Source: Candidatus Poribacteria bacterium (GTDB lineage: Bacteria > Poribacteria > WGA-4E > PCPOR2b). Taken from it: DNA of 64,000 nt. Location: the NCBI GenBank assembly GCA_965208675.1, contig OZ242351.1:864001-928000 (forward strand), in the 5' to 3' direction. The notes below the pieces were generated by a model. The model saw only the letters and a program-made list of their open reading frames with translations. It was not told the origin of the DNA and did not search any database. Each line of letters begins with the position of its first letter. Position 1 is the stretch's first letter. The translations under genes were made by a program, and so were the position numbers. Positions 40,946 to 51,205 of this stretch are shown in pieces.

Positions 40946-41792
40946 TGTTTACGTTTACTCACTGGAGCAGTTGATTCCGAACCAATGAAGGGAGTAAACA
41001 TGAACCGAAAACGTTATCCTAGTGATTTGACCGATGTACAATGGCAGAAACTGTCAGCGTTTCTGCCAACCCCTCAACCATTAGGTAGACCTCTAAAATG
41101 GGAGATGTACTTAATTGTCCATGCCATCTTTTATGTCGTCAAGTCCGGTTGCCAGTGGCGAATGCTACCATACGATATGCCACCGTGGCAAACCGTCTAT
41201 TACCATTTTAGGAAGTGGGAAGCCGACAATACATGGCTCTTGATTCATCAGGCACTTCACGAACAATCACGCTGTGATGGTGGCAAAGAACCATCACCGA
41301 CAGCAGCTATCATTGACAGCCAATCCATTAAGACAACTGAACTGGCGACGACTCGCGGTTTTGATGGTCACAAGAAGGTCAAAGGACGCAAACGACATCT
41401 AGTAACGGATACGACGGGTATTCCATTGATGGTCAAAGTCACTGACGCGAATGTCAGTGATAATCAGATTGCTATCGAGTTACTAACAGAAGTGTTTAGC
41501 TGGTACATAACCATTCAGTTGGTGTGTGCCGATGCCGCCTATCGTGGAGAATTGGAAGACTGGTTATATTTTGCTCATCAATGTCAACTGGAGATTGCAT
41601 CTACGCTAGGACGGGAGAAGTTTGAAGTTATCCCGTTACGATGGATTGTTGAGCGCACATTTTCTTGGCTTGGTTGGTTTCGTCGATTGACTTTGGATTA
41701 TGAACGCTATCCTAGGACTGCTGAGACTATGGTGTACATCGCTTCCATTTACTTAATGCAAAATCGAATCAAATGACTTTTCAAACAGGCTC
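40906..41792 (+). mobile_element. IS5-family insertion sequence (IS1031-like), 887 bp
   Basis: Perfect 15-bp terminal inverted repeats GAGCCTGTTTGAAAA (40906-40920) / TTTTCAAACAGGCTC (41778-41792); TAA target duplication at 40903-40905 and 41793-41795. Confidence 0.95.
41000..41776 (+). CDS. IS5-family DDE transposase
   Basis: YPSDLTD-QW, GCQWRMLP, IIDSQSIKT, KGRKRH, ADAAY, RWIVERTF; intact; SD before ATG 41000. Confidence 0.95.
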   Translation: MNRKRYPSDLTDVQWQKLSAFLPTPQPLGRPLKWEMYLIVHAIFYVVKSGCQWRMLPYDMPPWQTVYYHFRKWEADNTWLLIHQALHEQSRCDGGKEPSPTAAIIDSQSIKTTELATTRGFDGHKKVKGRKRHLVTDTTGIPLMVKVTDANVSDNQIAIELLTEVFSWYITIQLVCADAAYRGELEDWLYFAHQCQLEIASTLGREKFEVIPLRWIVERTFSWLGWFRRLTLDYERYPRTAETMVYIASIYLMQNRIK

Positions 41793-42147
41793 TAAGGAGG
41801 TACTGTATGTTTTTCGCTCCTCGGGCACGCCAGATTACACGATTGTCGACATTGACACAACCTCTTTTGAACACGACGGGATACTCTACATAGAGATACA
41901 GGTCGGTGGGGGCGAGGCAGCAGGGACGTTTGAATTGTTCGATGGTGACACGGAACTTGTTACAGATGAATCTCCTGATGAAGCCCTGACTGGAGCGTGG
42001 AATATCCCGCCCGGAGGAACTGGACACATTATGTACGGCTTCAAACGGGGGCAGCGTTTTAAGTTGACTGCTGCCGGGGGTATATCAACCAAGGCGGGGT
42101 GCATCAACGCATTTATTGCGCATATTTATGTGGTCAACGAGGCGTGA
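41773..42147 (+). CDS. Detached C-terminal beta-rich domain of the SelN-like gene
   Basis: Removing the IS and one TAA joins ...GRKFK to EVLYVFRSS... in frame. An IS-derived ATG at 41773 overlaps the transposase stop (ATGA). Confidence 0.75.
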   Translation: MTFQTGSKEVLYVFRSSGTPDYTIVDIDTTSFEHDGILYIEIQVGGGEAAGTFELFDGDTELVTDESPDEALTGAWNIPPGGTGHIMYGFKRGQRFKLTAAGGISTKAGCINAFIAHIYVVNEA

Positions 42148-42313
42148 AAGTATTGGGAGGCTCCGCAGTAATCCATTTGACGCCTTGGTTCTGTCGGTTT
42201 ACAGCCCAGAAAGATTGTACACGTTGCTGCAAACTGCGCGCGTAATCCAGGCGAACGTAAATAGACATTTAGGACTTTACTCTTGTAGTACAGCGAATTG
42301 TGATACAGCGAAT

Positions 42314-43582
42314 TTAATTCAACGACTGCAATACATCAAAGTAAGTCGGGAAGGTTTTGTTGACGCAACTAGGATTTTTTATTCGAATACCCGGCACTTT
42401 CAACCCAATCAGAGAGAAACTCATGGCGATTCGGTGGTCGTTATACGTGTCAATTGCCGCAGGCGTAATCCTCGACGGAGAAATTTCGACACCGTCCTTA
42501 CCCTCGACAACTTTCACACCCAGTTTTCGTAGTTCTGTGACCGTGGCGTGAATGCGGTCTGATTCTTGCCAGCGAGTATGCCCAATATTGCGAATGCCCA
42601 CTTTGCTGGCGGCGAAAGGAGCGATTGCAGCCAACGTGGGCCAAGTGTCCGAAATTGCGTTCATGTCTATATCTATCCCCTTAAGCTGCTTAGCTCCAAT
42701 TACTTCACACCCACCACGTTTCCAATTGACCTGGCACCCCATTTTTTCCAGCACATCTACGAAATGCACATCTCCCTGAACAGAGTCCGAATTGAGGTTA
42801 TCTACTTGGACGCGGCCGCCTGTGAGCGCAGCGGCTGCAAAGAAGTAGGATGCGCTTGAGGCATCTGGCTCAATTAAAAATTCGCAGGCTTGATACTTCT
42901 GCCTACCTTCGATGAGGTAGGACCGATAGTTGTCGTGGGTCACAGTCACACCAAACGCCTTCATTACGGACAGCGTGATGTCAATATACGGCGTTTTAAT
43001 TTTGTCAGTGATTTCGACCTCTATACCTTTTTTTGTATATGGTGCAACGAGCATTAGCGATGTCAAGAACTGGCTACTTTTATTTGTATTCAGTCGGGAT
43101 TTTCCACCCTCAAATCCATTTGCATTGACAATGGCAGGAAGAAATCCGTTGTCGTATACTGAGCGCACATCAACGCCGAGTTGCCGCAGCGCATCCAGCA
43201 GATTAGCGATCGGACGGGTGCGGCGCATGGGTTCGTCGCCATCAATGACGAAATTGCCTTTCCCGAGCGCAACATAACTCACAAGTGACCGCGATGTCGT
43301 TCCGGAATTGCCGACGTAGAGTTCAGCGTGATTGACAGGGATTTTACCGCCGTTGCCAGCAACCCAAAATGTACACCGATCTTCGTTCGCCTCGATCTCT
43401 ACCCCCAGTTCTCGCAGGGCGATGCACATGTAACGGGTGTCATCGCTGAAAAGCGCCCCTGTCAGCTGAGAACGGCCTTCAGCGAGCGCAGCAACCAACA
43501 GCGCCCGGTTTGTGAAACTCTTGGAACCGGGAATTGCGACTGCGGCATCAATTGCGCTCTTAACGGGTTGAATCTCGATCAT
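42314..43582 (-). CDS. aroA: EPSP synthase
   Basis: PGSKSFTNRAL, GNSGT, SSQFLTSL, QESDRI, DHRIAM, KTFP. Confidence 0.95.
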   Translation of the reverse strand: MIEIQPVKSAIDAAVAIPGSKSFTNRALLVAALAEGRSQLTGALFSDDTRYMCIALRELGVEIEANEDRCTFWVAGNGGKIPVNHAELYVGNSGTTSRSLVSYVALGKGNFVIDGDEPMRRTRPIANLLDALRQLGVDVRSVYDNGFLPAIVNANGFEGGKSRLNTNKSSQFLTSLMLVAPYTKKGIEVEITDKIKTPYIDITLSVMKAFGVTVTHDNYRSYLIEGRQKYQACEFLIEPDASSASYFFAAAALTGGRVQVDNLNSDSVQGDVHFVDVLEKMGCQVNWKRGGCEVIGAKQLKGIDIDMNAISDTWPTLAAIAPFAASKVGIRNIGHTRWQESDRIHATVTELRKLGVKVVEGKDGVEISPSRITPAAIDTYNDHRIAMSFSLIGLKVPGIRIKNPSCVNKTFPTYFDVLQSLN

Positions 43583-43731
43583 GCTTTTGCGGTTTTTCGG
43601 CCTAAGTCAGTGTATATTTCTTGTCGGCTCGATTTCACCATTAAACCTTGTGATACTGTCGAATCCACAGAATGAGGGATTGAGTTTGACTTTCCATAGT
43701 CCAAGAATTAACCGGTGAATATTAGCAATTT

Positions 43732-44628
43732 TCAGACTAGTCCGTGGTCAACCAACAGCTTTCTCAATTCACCTTTCGCGCCGTCATTGAGCGGCATTAG
43801 AGGGCTCGTCGTGTACTCACGGCAGATGTCTAGGATTTGCATGCAAGCTTTCATACAACTGACTCCTGCGCCATACGTGTAGAGCTCGCTAAGCTTTAGC
43901 ACCCGTGCTTGCAAACGCTGCACCTCATCAATATTTCGGTTTTTCGCCGCGTCATATAGCTGGACAGAGGTTTTCGGATCAATATTCGATATTGAGATTA
44001 CCGCACCTTCTGCGCCGAATGTAATCGCCGCACCTGCCATTGTGTACGAGCCAATCAGAATTGAAAAACGTCCATCATCTCCTAGATAGGTAAAAATTTT
44101 GAGAAAATTTGTCCAATCCCCGGAACTATCTTTGATTCCAACGATGTTTTTATGCCGTACCGCCAAGTCTCTGACAATCTCTGGCTTAATCGCGGTTTTG
44201 ACCATCATTGGAATGTTGTAAATGACAAAAGGTAAATCGGTGCTCTGGGCGGCCGTACTGTAAAAAGTCTTGATGTCATCATCGCTGCTTGACGGGTAGT
44301 AGTATGGAGGCGTTGCGGCAACCGCATCAACCTTGAGTTCTTGCGCCATCTCGATATTTTGAATGACGCGACGGGTACTCGAATCCATCACCCCACAAAT
44401 AATCGGCACACGTCCGCCGATTGTGTTTACCGCAATTTCGATTGCCCGTTGACGCTCCGCATTGGTGAGCGAAACGAACTCGCCGGAACTGCCCAGCAAG
44501 TAGATGCCGTGTACACCGCTGTCGATTAAACGGTTGAGATGCCTTACAAACCCTAATTCATCAACGCGCTCTTTCGCGTCTAACGGCGTTATCGTAGGTG
44601 TAAAAATGCCTTCAAATCGTACGTCCAT
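43732..44628 (-). CDS. DHDPS/NAL-family aldolase (KDG-aldolase-like)
   Basis: GSSGE (not GTTGE), PPYY, YNIP, GIKDSSGD Schiff-base lysine. Confidence 0.85.
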   Translation of the reverse strand: MDVRFEGIFTPTITPLDAKERVDELGFVRHLNRLIDSGVHGIYLLGSSGEFVSLTNAERQRAIEIAVNTIGGRVPIICGVMDSSTRRVIQNIEMAQELKVDAVAATPPYYYPSSSDDDIKTFYSTAAQSTDLPFVIYNIPMMVKTAIKPEIVRDLAVRHKNIVGIKDSSGDWTNFLKIFTYLGDDGRFSILIGSYTMAGAAITFGAEGAVISISNIDPKTSVQLYDAAKNRNIDEVQRLQARVLKLSELYTYGAGVSCMKACMQILDICREYTTSPLMPLNDGAKGELRKLLVDHGLV

Positions 44629-44755
44629 GATGATAATCTCCTCATTTTATGCGATTATAAACTTAGTTTAACAAAAAAATTAGCCGAGTGTCAATAACTT
44701 GCATTGGGCTACTCTTTCCAAATATAGAATCTCATTGGCATGCCCTAAACGATTG

Positions 44756-44784
44756 TTGACTTACCCAATAATATGTGGTATGAT
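44756..44784 (+). promoter_or_regulatory. Sigma70 promoter for the RLP operon
   Basis: TTGACT-17 nt-TATGAT with extended -10 TG. Confidence 0.65.
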
Positions 44785-44899
44785 TGGATTTGCCTGACAG
44801 TCAATTTCACAGTCCAATTACACCCGTTCCCATAGCGGATTCCACGACTCGAATCGTTACCGTTATTAACTCTTAAACGCACACAAAAAAAACTGCATT

Positions 44900-46327
44900 A
44901 TGACACTCGTCGAAACCACAAAGCTTGAATTACTCTGGAGCGACGGAGACGCGCGTGAAATGTGTCTCCGCGAGATTGTCGGAGAACGGCTCACAACAAC
45001 ACCGCCACCGGTTTTGGAGGGTTACATTGTAGCGACCTACTTTCTGTCGCTCCGCACACTAACACTGCAGGAGGCGGCCGAAGAGATTAGCTATCACGCC
45101 AGCAGCGGTGACAGATATCCGCCAGCAGGTTCATTATTGGAAGAGTGCACCGCCAAGGTAGCCGGTGTTGATGAGTTCGATTCCAGCAAACGGCTGGGTC
45201 TGTTGCACATGGCATTTCCCTTGAAAATGATGTCCCAACCTGACGGTCATGTGACCTCTTGTGACATGCTCCACACAATGGCAGGCGCAATTATTTTTGA
45301 TGTTTATGAAAATCAGGATGCCCGGCTAGTTTCCTTGAATATCCCGGGGAAGGTAATCCAAACCTTTCCGGGGCCAGCGCACGGCATGAGTGGAATTCGG
45401 CAGCTTACGGGATTTCCGTCCGCCCAACCCGCTTTTGGCACAATCCTAAAACCGACCGCCGGAATTACTCCGACTGAGGTTGGACAGCTTGTAGAAGAAG
45501 TAGCGAGATGTCCTCTGTTTCTCTTCGTTAAGGAAGACGAAAACCTCTACCCCAACCTAGATTATTCCCCGGCCGCCGAACGCACACGACAAGCTGTGGC
45601 TGCCATTGAGCGCGCCCAGGATGAGCGTGGTGGACTAGGACTCATTTTCGCACCGCATATCAGCGGTGCGCCGCATGAGATTTTGGAAACGGTACATGCC
45701 GTGCTAGATGCGGGTGCCAGCGGTGTTATGTTCAGCGAGACGTTTGCAGGCGGAACGGTTCGCATGGTGCGCGAAGCCACAAAAAACCTAAGTACACCCC
45801 CAATTATCTATGGCCACAACGCGGGAATTGGTGTAAAGACGCGGGCAATATGGCGCGAGATTATCGATCTGCTAGCGCGGCTAGACGGAATTGATTTACG
45901 CCAGACATCGCCGGTACGACCGGGAACACCATTTTTGCGACCTTACGGCGCAGAATGGGAGGCATCCGAGGAAATTCTTACCCGCCGGTTGTCTGGCATT
46001 CACCCAACCGGAATCGTTCGTGCGGGTTCATTAGATCAGGGCAACATTTGTATCAACCTGGCAGACGCCGAGAAACGCGGACGCCGCGAAAACGTCATGT
46101 TTGTGTCGGGGTCCGCAATTAACTCCATCAAAAATTCAGCAGGCAAAACCGACCCAAGAATTGGCGTGGAAGCGATGCTGCAAGCTATAGAGGTTCATGA
46201 CTCGAATGAATTACGGGACGTACCAATGGTGGATCACGTCGCAGCGCTGATGGCGACTGCCGAACGCAAACAGCTCAAGGCTTTACGCGAATCGCTGCGT
46301 CAACGGTATCCCGGTAAAACAGTTTAA
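44900..46327 (+). CDS. RuBisCO-like protein (form IV)
   Basis: FPGPAHG, GTILKP-G, VKEDENL (KDDE-like), YGHNAG, AGSL and GSAI elements of the RuBisCO large-subunit fold. Confidence 0.85.
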   Translation: MTLVETTKLELLWSDGDAREMCLREIVGERLTTTPPPVLEGYIVATYFLSLRTLTLQEAAEEISYHASSGDRYPPAGSLLEECTAKVAGVDEFDSSKRLGLLHMAFPLKMMSQPDGHVTSCDMLHTMAGAIIFDVYENQDARLVSLNIPGKVIQTFPGPAHGMSGIRQLTGFPSAQPAFGTILKPTAGITPTEVGQLVEEVARCPLFLFVKEDENLYPNLDYSPAAERTRQAVAAIERAQDERGGLGLIFAPHISGAPHEILETVHAVLDAGASGVMFSETFAGGTVRMVREATKNLSTPPIIYGHNAGIGVKTRAIWREIIDLLARLDGIDLRQTSPVRPGTPFLRPYGAEWEASEEILTRRLSGIHPTGIVRAGSLDQGNICINLADAEKRGRRENVMFVSGSAINSIKNSAGKTDPRIGVEAMLQAIEVHDSNELRDVPMVDHVAALMATAERKQLKALRESLRQRYPGKTV

Positions 46328-46360
46328 CTTCGTCGCTGACCAGTTACTTCAATTTTTATC

Positions 46361-47434
46361 ATGAGCAGAGAAACACGACGTTTGCGAATCGGCGTATTGG
46401 GGTGCGGTCCGGTCGCGCAGATTGCACACCTTGACGCCTGCCGCAAAGCCCGCAACGCAGAACTTTATGCTATCTGTGATGTGGCAGAGGACTTGCTGGA
46501 AAAAATGTCCGTAGTCCACGAACCGCGAGTTGTCTATCGGGATTACGGAGATATGCTCGCTGACCAGCAGGTAGACGCAATCATCATAGCGGCAGCAGAC
46601 CAATTTCATGTACCGCTTTGCCGTCAGGCGGTCGTTGCGGGAAAACATGTATTCATCGAAAAACCCCTCGGTGTAAATGTTGAGGAATGCGAAGATTTGC
46701 TGCGCCGGATTCAAAACACCGGGCTAACGCTTCAAGTAGGTAACAACAGGCGTTTCGATCCTGCAATAGACCACGCACACTCATTCATCAAAGAGGAACT
46801 AGGACAAATCATTGCGCTCAAGTCGTGGTATTACGATTCGACCGACCGTTATACCATGACCGACAACTTACAGCCTATCCCTGTGGTTAGCGTGAGCGCG
46901 AAACGTCCCGAAGGTAATCCAAAGGCTGACAAATATCCATATTTCTTACTCGGACACGGCAGCCATTTAGTGGACACCGCGCGTTTTCTGGGCGGAGAGA
47001 TTTTGAGTGTTCATGCCCGGTTTCTTGAACGGTTTGGGAGCTACTGTTGGTTTGTGAGCGTCGACTTTACAAACGGCAGCTTAGGACACTTCGACTTAAT
47101 CATTGCCATACGCGGGGATTTTGAGGAGGGGTTTCAGGTTTTCGGCGAACATGGCAGCGTCCGGGGAAGAATTTACCTGCCGTGGTACCACAAGTCTGGC
47201 CACGTTGAATGCTTCTCGGTTAAGGATGGATTGTTTCGCCGCCCACTGGGGGCAGACGCCTACACCTACAAACTACAAATCGAGGGGTTCGCAGACACAA
47301 TCCTTAATGGGGCTCCTATGCACGGTGCAAGTGTTGAGGATGGCGTCGCTGCTATTCGGGCGATGGTTGCTATTGCCCGTTCAGCAAAAACCGGCGAAAA
47401 GGTACGGTTATCGGATGTCACCGGAGGTGTCTAA
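46361..47434 (+). CDS. Gfo/Idh/MocA family oxidoreductase
   Basis: IGVLGCG, GKHVFIEKP, RRFDP, HGSHLVD. Confidence 0.9.
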   Translation: MSRETRRLRIGVLGCGPVAQIAHLDACRKARNAELYAICDVAEDLLEKMSVVHEPRVVYRDYGDMLADQQVDAIIIAAADQFHVPLCRQAVVAGKHVFIEKPLGVNVEECEDLLRRIQNTGLTLQVGNNRRFDPAIDHAHSFIKEELGQIIALKSWYYDSTDRYTMTDNLQPIPVVSVSAKRPEGNPKADKYPYFLLGHGSHLVDTARFLGGEILSVHARFLERFGSYCWFVSVDFTNGSLGHFDLIIAIRGDFEEGFQVFGEHGSVRGRIYLPWYHKSGHVECFSVKDGLFRRPLGADAYTYKLQIEGFADTILNGAPMHGASVEDGVAAIRAMVAIARSAKTGEKVRLSDVTGGV

Positions 47435-47695
47435 TGCAAATCCGCATGCTAGGCTCACGTCAATTTTTCACATATTTAGATTGATTACGAAGAAGTTTAA
47501 TGGCTTTAACCAGAATCATGCTAGCACGCCGGTCGGCGAAAACGAGTGTTATTCGACGACATTACATGGTCTCACTGAACGCTTGAAATGGTCCATCTGG
47601 AGAGTTGACAGCTGCCGTATTACATTGAATTCAGCGAAGACGTTGGGAAATCGTCCGATAAGATTTTAGCCACATATACTAATTGGTGCCCTCTA

Positions 47696-49297
47696 ATGAG
47701 TCTCCAGCGACCGGCTAAAAATTGTGCGTGTGTTGAAGTGCGGATTCGCTTGAGCTTGTATCCAACACTGGGGTACGTCCTTTCGGTAATTTTGATTGGG
47801 GTGGTGCTAACTACAAAATTAGCTTTTGCGGGCGCAGCCCGGACGGAGCATATAGTGAAACGGCACTTCGAGCAGGGGGTGCATTTTGTTGAAATTGGAT
47901 TGTACGATAAAGCCCTCGCTGAGATTCAAAAAGTGTTAGAACTCCAGCCGGATAGCAGCGAGGCCTTTTGCTTCCTTGGCGACGTGTATCAATACAAGGA
48001 GATGTTTAATGAGGCGGCAGACGCCTATCAACGCGTGCTTACACTAAATGGATCAAAGCAAACACGTGGGATAGCAAACTGGTGTCTAGGCATCATCTAC
48101 AATAAGCAGGGTAAATTCTTAGAGGCGGAGAAATACGGAACGGAAGCCGTTTCATTGCTTCCTGACGCGGCTTGGACTCACTATAGATTGGGCAATATCT
48201 ACACACAGCGCGGGAAATTAGACGAAGCAATGGGGGCGTATCAAAAAGCGATTCAATTGAATCCGGAACTAGCCGAAGCTTATCGCGGACTAGGGCGTAC
48301 AGCGCTAATGCAGGATGAACCAGAGACCGCAATTCAATATTATCGCGGCGCAGTTCAGCGAAACCCTTATGAGGAAAGTGCATACTACAATCTTGCCAAA
48401 GCGTACCGGCGCGCAAATCAATTTGAACAGGCGAAATCCCAGATGGAGCTATTCAAGGAGGTTAAAGCGTACCAAGATACTGTCCAGGACTATCGAAAGA
48501 AGCTGAAGAAGAACCCCACTACAGTCGGTTTGTACGCGGAATTGGCGAAGGTTCATCTCGAAATCAATAACATTGAGGCAGCCATCCAAGAGTTTAATAT
48601 TGTGACATCTTTGGCACCTACCCTTGCACTCGGTTATTACAATCTGGGCGCGCTCTACATGCAAAAAGGCGAGGTACAGCGGGCAATTGAAGCGTTCCAA
48701 AAAACAATTGAATTGGATGAAAACGACACCGAACCGTACATTCGTCTCGGATGGATTTTTGCCAGCCAGAAAAAGTTTGATCTTGCCAAGTTCTACCTTC
48801 AAGGCGCACTTCAACGCAGTTCAACGTTGGGGGAAGCTTATCATGGTTTGGGTGAAATTTATGCTCAAGAAGGCGCCCTGATTGACGCGATCACAGCATA
48901 TAAAGCGTTGACAGAAATACAACCCAAGTCCGCCGCGGGCTGGCTGCGGCTAGGTACGCTACAGGTTAAAGCCAAACAGTTCGACGAAGCTGTACACGCT
49001 TTCCAAACGGCTATCCAAACGGATCCTGACCTGCCAGATGGCTATAATAATCTGGCATGGCTTTACGCCGACCGGAACATGAATCTAGCCAAAGCTGTGA
49101 CATTAGCAGAGAAGGCGGTTGCATTGAATCCGTCAGCTTCAAATCTTGACACACTTGCCTATGCCCACTACCAAAACAGAAATTATCCAGAGGCAGAGCA
49201 TATGATTCAGCGCGCCCTTGAAATCGAACCCAACAAGGATCAATACCTCAAACTCTTGCAAGAAATCCAAAACGCACAGAAGATTAACGGTAAATGA
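47696..49297 (+). CDS. TPR repeat protein (exported or anchored)
   Basis: Many TPR units, YNNLAWLY, LDTLAYA; N-terminal hydrophobic segment; start uncertain. Confidence 0.88.
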   Translation: MSLQRPAKNCACVEVRIRLSLYPTLGYVLSVILIGVVLTTKLAFAGAARTEHIVKRHFEQGVHFVEIGLYDKALAEIQKVLELQPDSSEAFCFLGDVYQYKEMFNEAADAYQRVLTLNGSKQTRGIANWCLGIIYNKQGKFLEAEKYGTEAVSLLPDAAWTHYRLGNIYTQRGKLDEAMGAYQKAIQLNPELAEAYRGLGRTALMQDEPETAIQYYRGAVQRNPYEESAYYNLAKAYRRANQFEQAKSQMELFKEVKAYQDTVQDYRKKLKKNPTTVGLYAELAKVHLEINNIEAAIQEFNIVTSLAPTLALGYYNLGALYMQKGEVQRAIEAFQKTIELDENDTEPYIRLGWIFASQKKFDLAKFYLQGALQRSSTLGEAYHGLGEIYAQEGALIDAITAYKALTEIQPKSAAGWLRLGTLQVKAKQFDEAVHAFQTAIQTDPDLPDGYNNLAWLYADRNMNLAKAVTLAEKAVALNPSASNLDTLAYAHYQNRNYPEAEHMIQRALEIEPNKDQYLKLLQEIQNAQKINGK

Positions 49298-49338
49298 AGC
49301 GCCCATTATTATAACGCCTGGAGGTTGGGGATTGAACG

Positions 49339-51159
49339 TTGCAATCGCTGAAGGTTTGGAGACCGCGCCAGTCGCGTAAATTGGATTCAACAGCCAATTC
49401 TAAATGGCATTTGCCGTTCCAGGCGATGGTTTCAATCAGTTCTGCTGCTTTGCTCAAGCCACCTAAACAAACCTCCAATTCACTGCACGCGTTTACCTTC
49501 ATACTCGTTTGTACGCTCTTTTGTCCTTCCTCTGCAAACACCCTCCAATCGAACGCTGCCTTCATCAATATAGCGACCGACGCTGGGATTGATTTTGAAC
49601 ACACCGACGGCAAGAGCGAATTGCGTCTCTTCAATGAATACCTCGGTGCGGGCGGCGGTTTTTTCGACTATAACAATGACGGACATCTAGACATCTATCT
49701 CGTAAACGGCGCGCTTCAGACCGATCAGCGCAAACACATCCAATCGTCCATTCCGACAAACGCCCTGTATCGAAATAACGGAGATGGTACGTTTTCTAAT
49801 GTTACAGGCTCAACTGGTGTAGGCGACACCGGCTACGGCGTTGGCGCCGCAGTCGGCGATTACGACAACGACGGAGATTTGGATTTATATGTGACAAATT
49901 TTGGTTCCAACGCCTTCTACCGCAATAATGGAGACGCGACTTTCGACGAGGTGTCATTAAACGCCGGCGTTGCAAATACACAATGGGGGACTAGCTGTGC
50001 GTTTGCCGATGTTAACAACGACGGCTACCTCGACCTATACATTTCGAACTATGCGGATTACGCCATTGAACGGGACAAGCCGTGCGTTATCAGAGGAATA
50101 TGGCAATATTGCGGTCCAGGTACGTATCCGCCTGATACAGATGTCCTTTATCATAACAACGGTGACGGCACATTCTCTGATGTGTCGAACACAAGCGGGG
50201 TTTTGAACGTGCCAGCCTATCACGGCTTAGGGGTGGTTTTCGGCGATTACGACAACGACGGAGATCAAGATGTCTATGTCGCAAATGATCAGGATGCAAA
50301 TTTCTTATTTCGGAATCGCGGGGATGGGACATTTGACGAGGTGGCGTTATCGACAGGCGTTGGGTATAGCGACATGGGTAAGGAGGAGGCGGGGATGGGA
50401 ACCGCTTTTGGCGATTACGACAATGACGGCATGCTGGATTTGACGGTAAGCAATTTTCAAAATGAAACCAATACGTTGTATCACAACCGAAGCGGAGAAT
50501 ATTTTACCGATGAGACGATAACATCCGGAATTGGCGAGGTGACGTATAGCTACCTAGGGTGGGGAATTTCTTTTTTCGACTATGACAACGACGGCTACAA
50601 GGACGTATTTGTCGCAAATGGGCACGTTTTGGATAACATCGCTGAAATCGATCGTTCCACATCGTACCCCCAGCAGAATTTGCTGTTTAGGAACCTTGGT
50701 AACGGGACATTTGCCGATGTGACAAATGAGACGGGTTCAGGGTTAGCACTCCGCAAGGTCAGCCGCGGCGCTGCATTTGGGGATTACGATAACGATGGCG
50801 ACATTGATATCCTGATTACAAATTGGAATCAATCAGCCGATCTGTTACGGAATGACGGAGGAAACCATAACAACTGGGTGCAGTTCCGAGCGGTTGGAGT
50901 AGATAGCAATCGATCGGCAATTGGGGCGCAAATCACAGTTACTTCAGGTCAATTGTCGCAATACGCAGAGGTCAACTCCAGCGGCAGTTACCTGTCCTTC
51001 AGTGATCTACGCGTTCATTTTGGACTCGGCAAGTCAGTAAAAGTAGATTTCATGGAAATCCGTTGGCCAAGCGGGCAAATTGATAGAGCGCATAATCTGC
51101 CCGTAAATCGACTGTACGTCGCAACCGAAGGGCATGGACTAACGGAATATAAAGAATGA
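49339..51159 (+). CDS. CRTAC1/ASPIC-UnbV FG-GAP repeat protein
   Basis: Repeated DYDNDG-D motifs; C-terminal SNRSAIGA...HFGLG...WPSG; start uncertain. Confidence 0.92.
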   Translation: MQSLKVWRPRQSRKLDSTANSKWHLPFQAMVSISSAALLKPPKQTSNSLHAFTFILVCTLFCPSSANTLQSNAAFINIATDAGIDFEHTDGKSELRLFNEYLGAGGGFFDYNNDGHLDIYLVNGALQTDQRKHIQSSIPTNALYRNNGDGTFSNVTGSTGVGDTGYGVGAAVGDYDNDGDLDLYVTNFGSNAFYRNNGDATFDEVSLNAGVANTQWGTSCAFADVNNDGYLDLYISNYADYAIERDKPCVIRGIWQYCGPGTYPPDTDVLYHNNGDGTFSDVSNTSGVLNVPAYHGLGVVFGDYDNDGDQDVYVANDQDANFLFRNRGDGTFDEVALSTGVGYSDMGKEEAGMGTAFGDYDNDGMLDLTVSNFQNETNTLYHNRSGEYFTDETITSGIGEVTYSYLGWGISFFDYDNDGYKDVFVANGHVLDNIAEIDRSTSYPQQNLLFRNLGNGTFADVTNETGSGLALRKVSRGAAFGDYDNDGDIDILITNWNQSADLLRNDGGNHNNWVQFRAVGVDSNRSAIGAQITVTSGQLSQYAEVNSSGSYLSFSDLRVHFGLGKSVKVDFMEIRWPSGQIDRAHNLPVNRLYVATEGHGLTEYKE

Positions 51160-51205
51160 ACCTTGCATATTTCTTGTGGTTGGGAAATTCACCGTTGAAA
51201 TTCGG

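Noticed and set aside
43732-44628. dapA
   Set aside because: It has GSSGE and YNIPMM rather than GTTGE and YNVP-RT, and sits in a catabolic context far from dapB.
44900-46327. CO2-fixing RuBisCO / autotrophy
   Set aside because: K177, R295 and loop-6 Lys equivalents appear to be missing, and there is no small subunit or phosphoribulokinase gene nearby.
49339-51159. Recurrent GATTACGACAACGACGG-like DNA repeats
   Set aside because: They encode the DYDNDG FG-GAP motifs of the CRTAC1-like protein and are not a DNA-level array.
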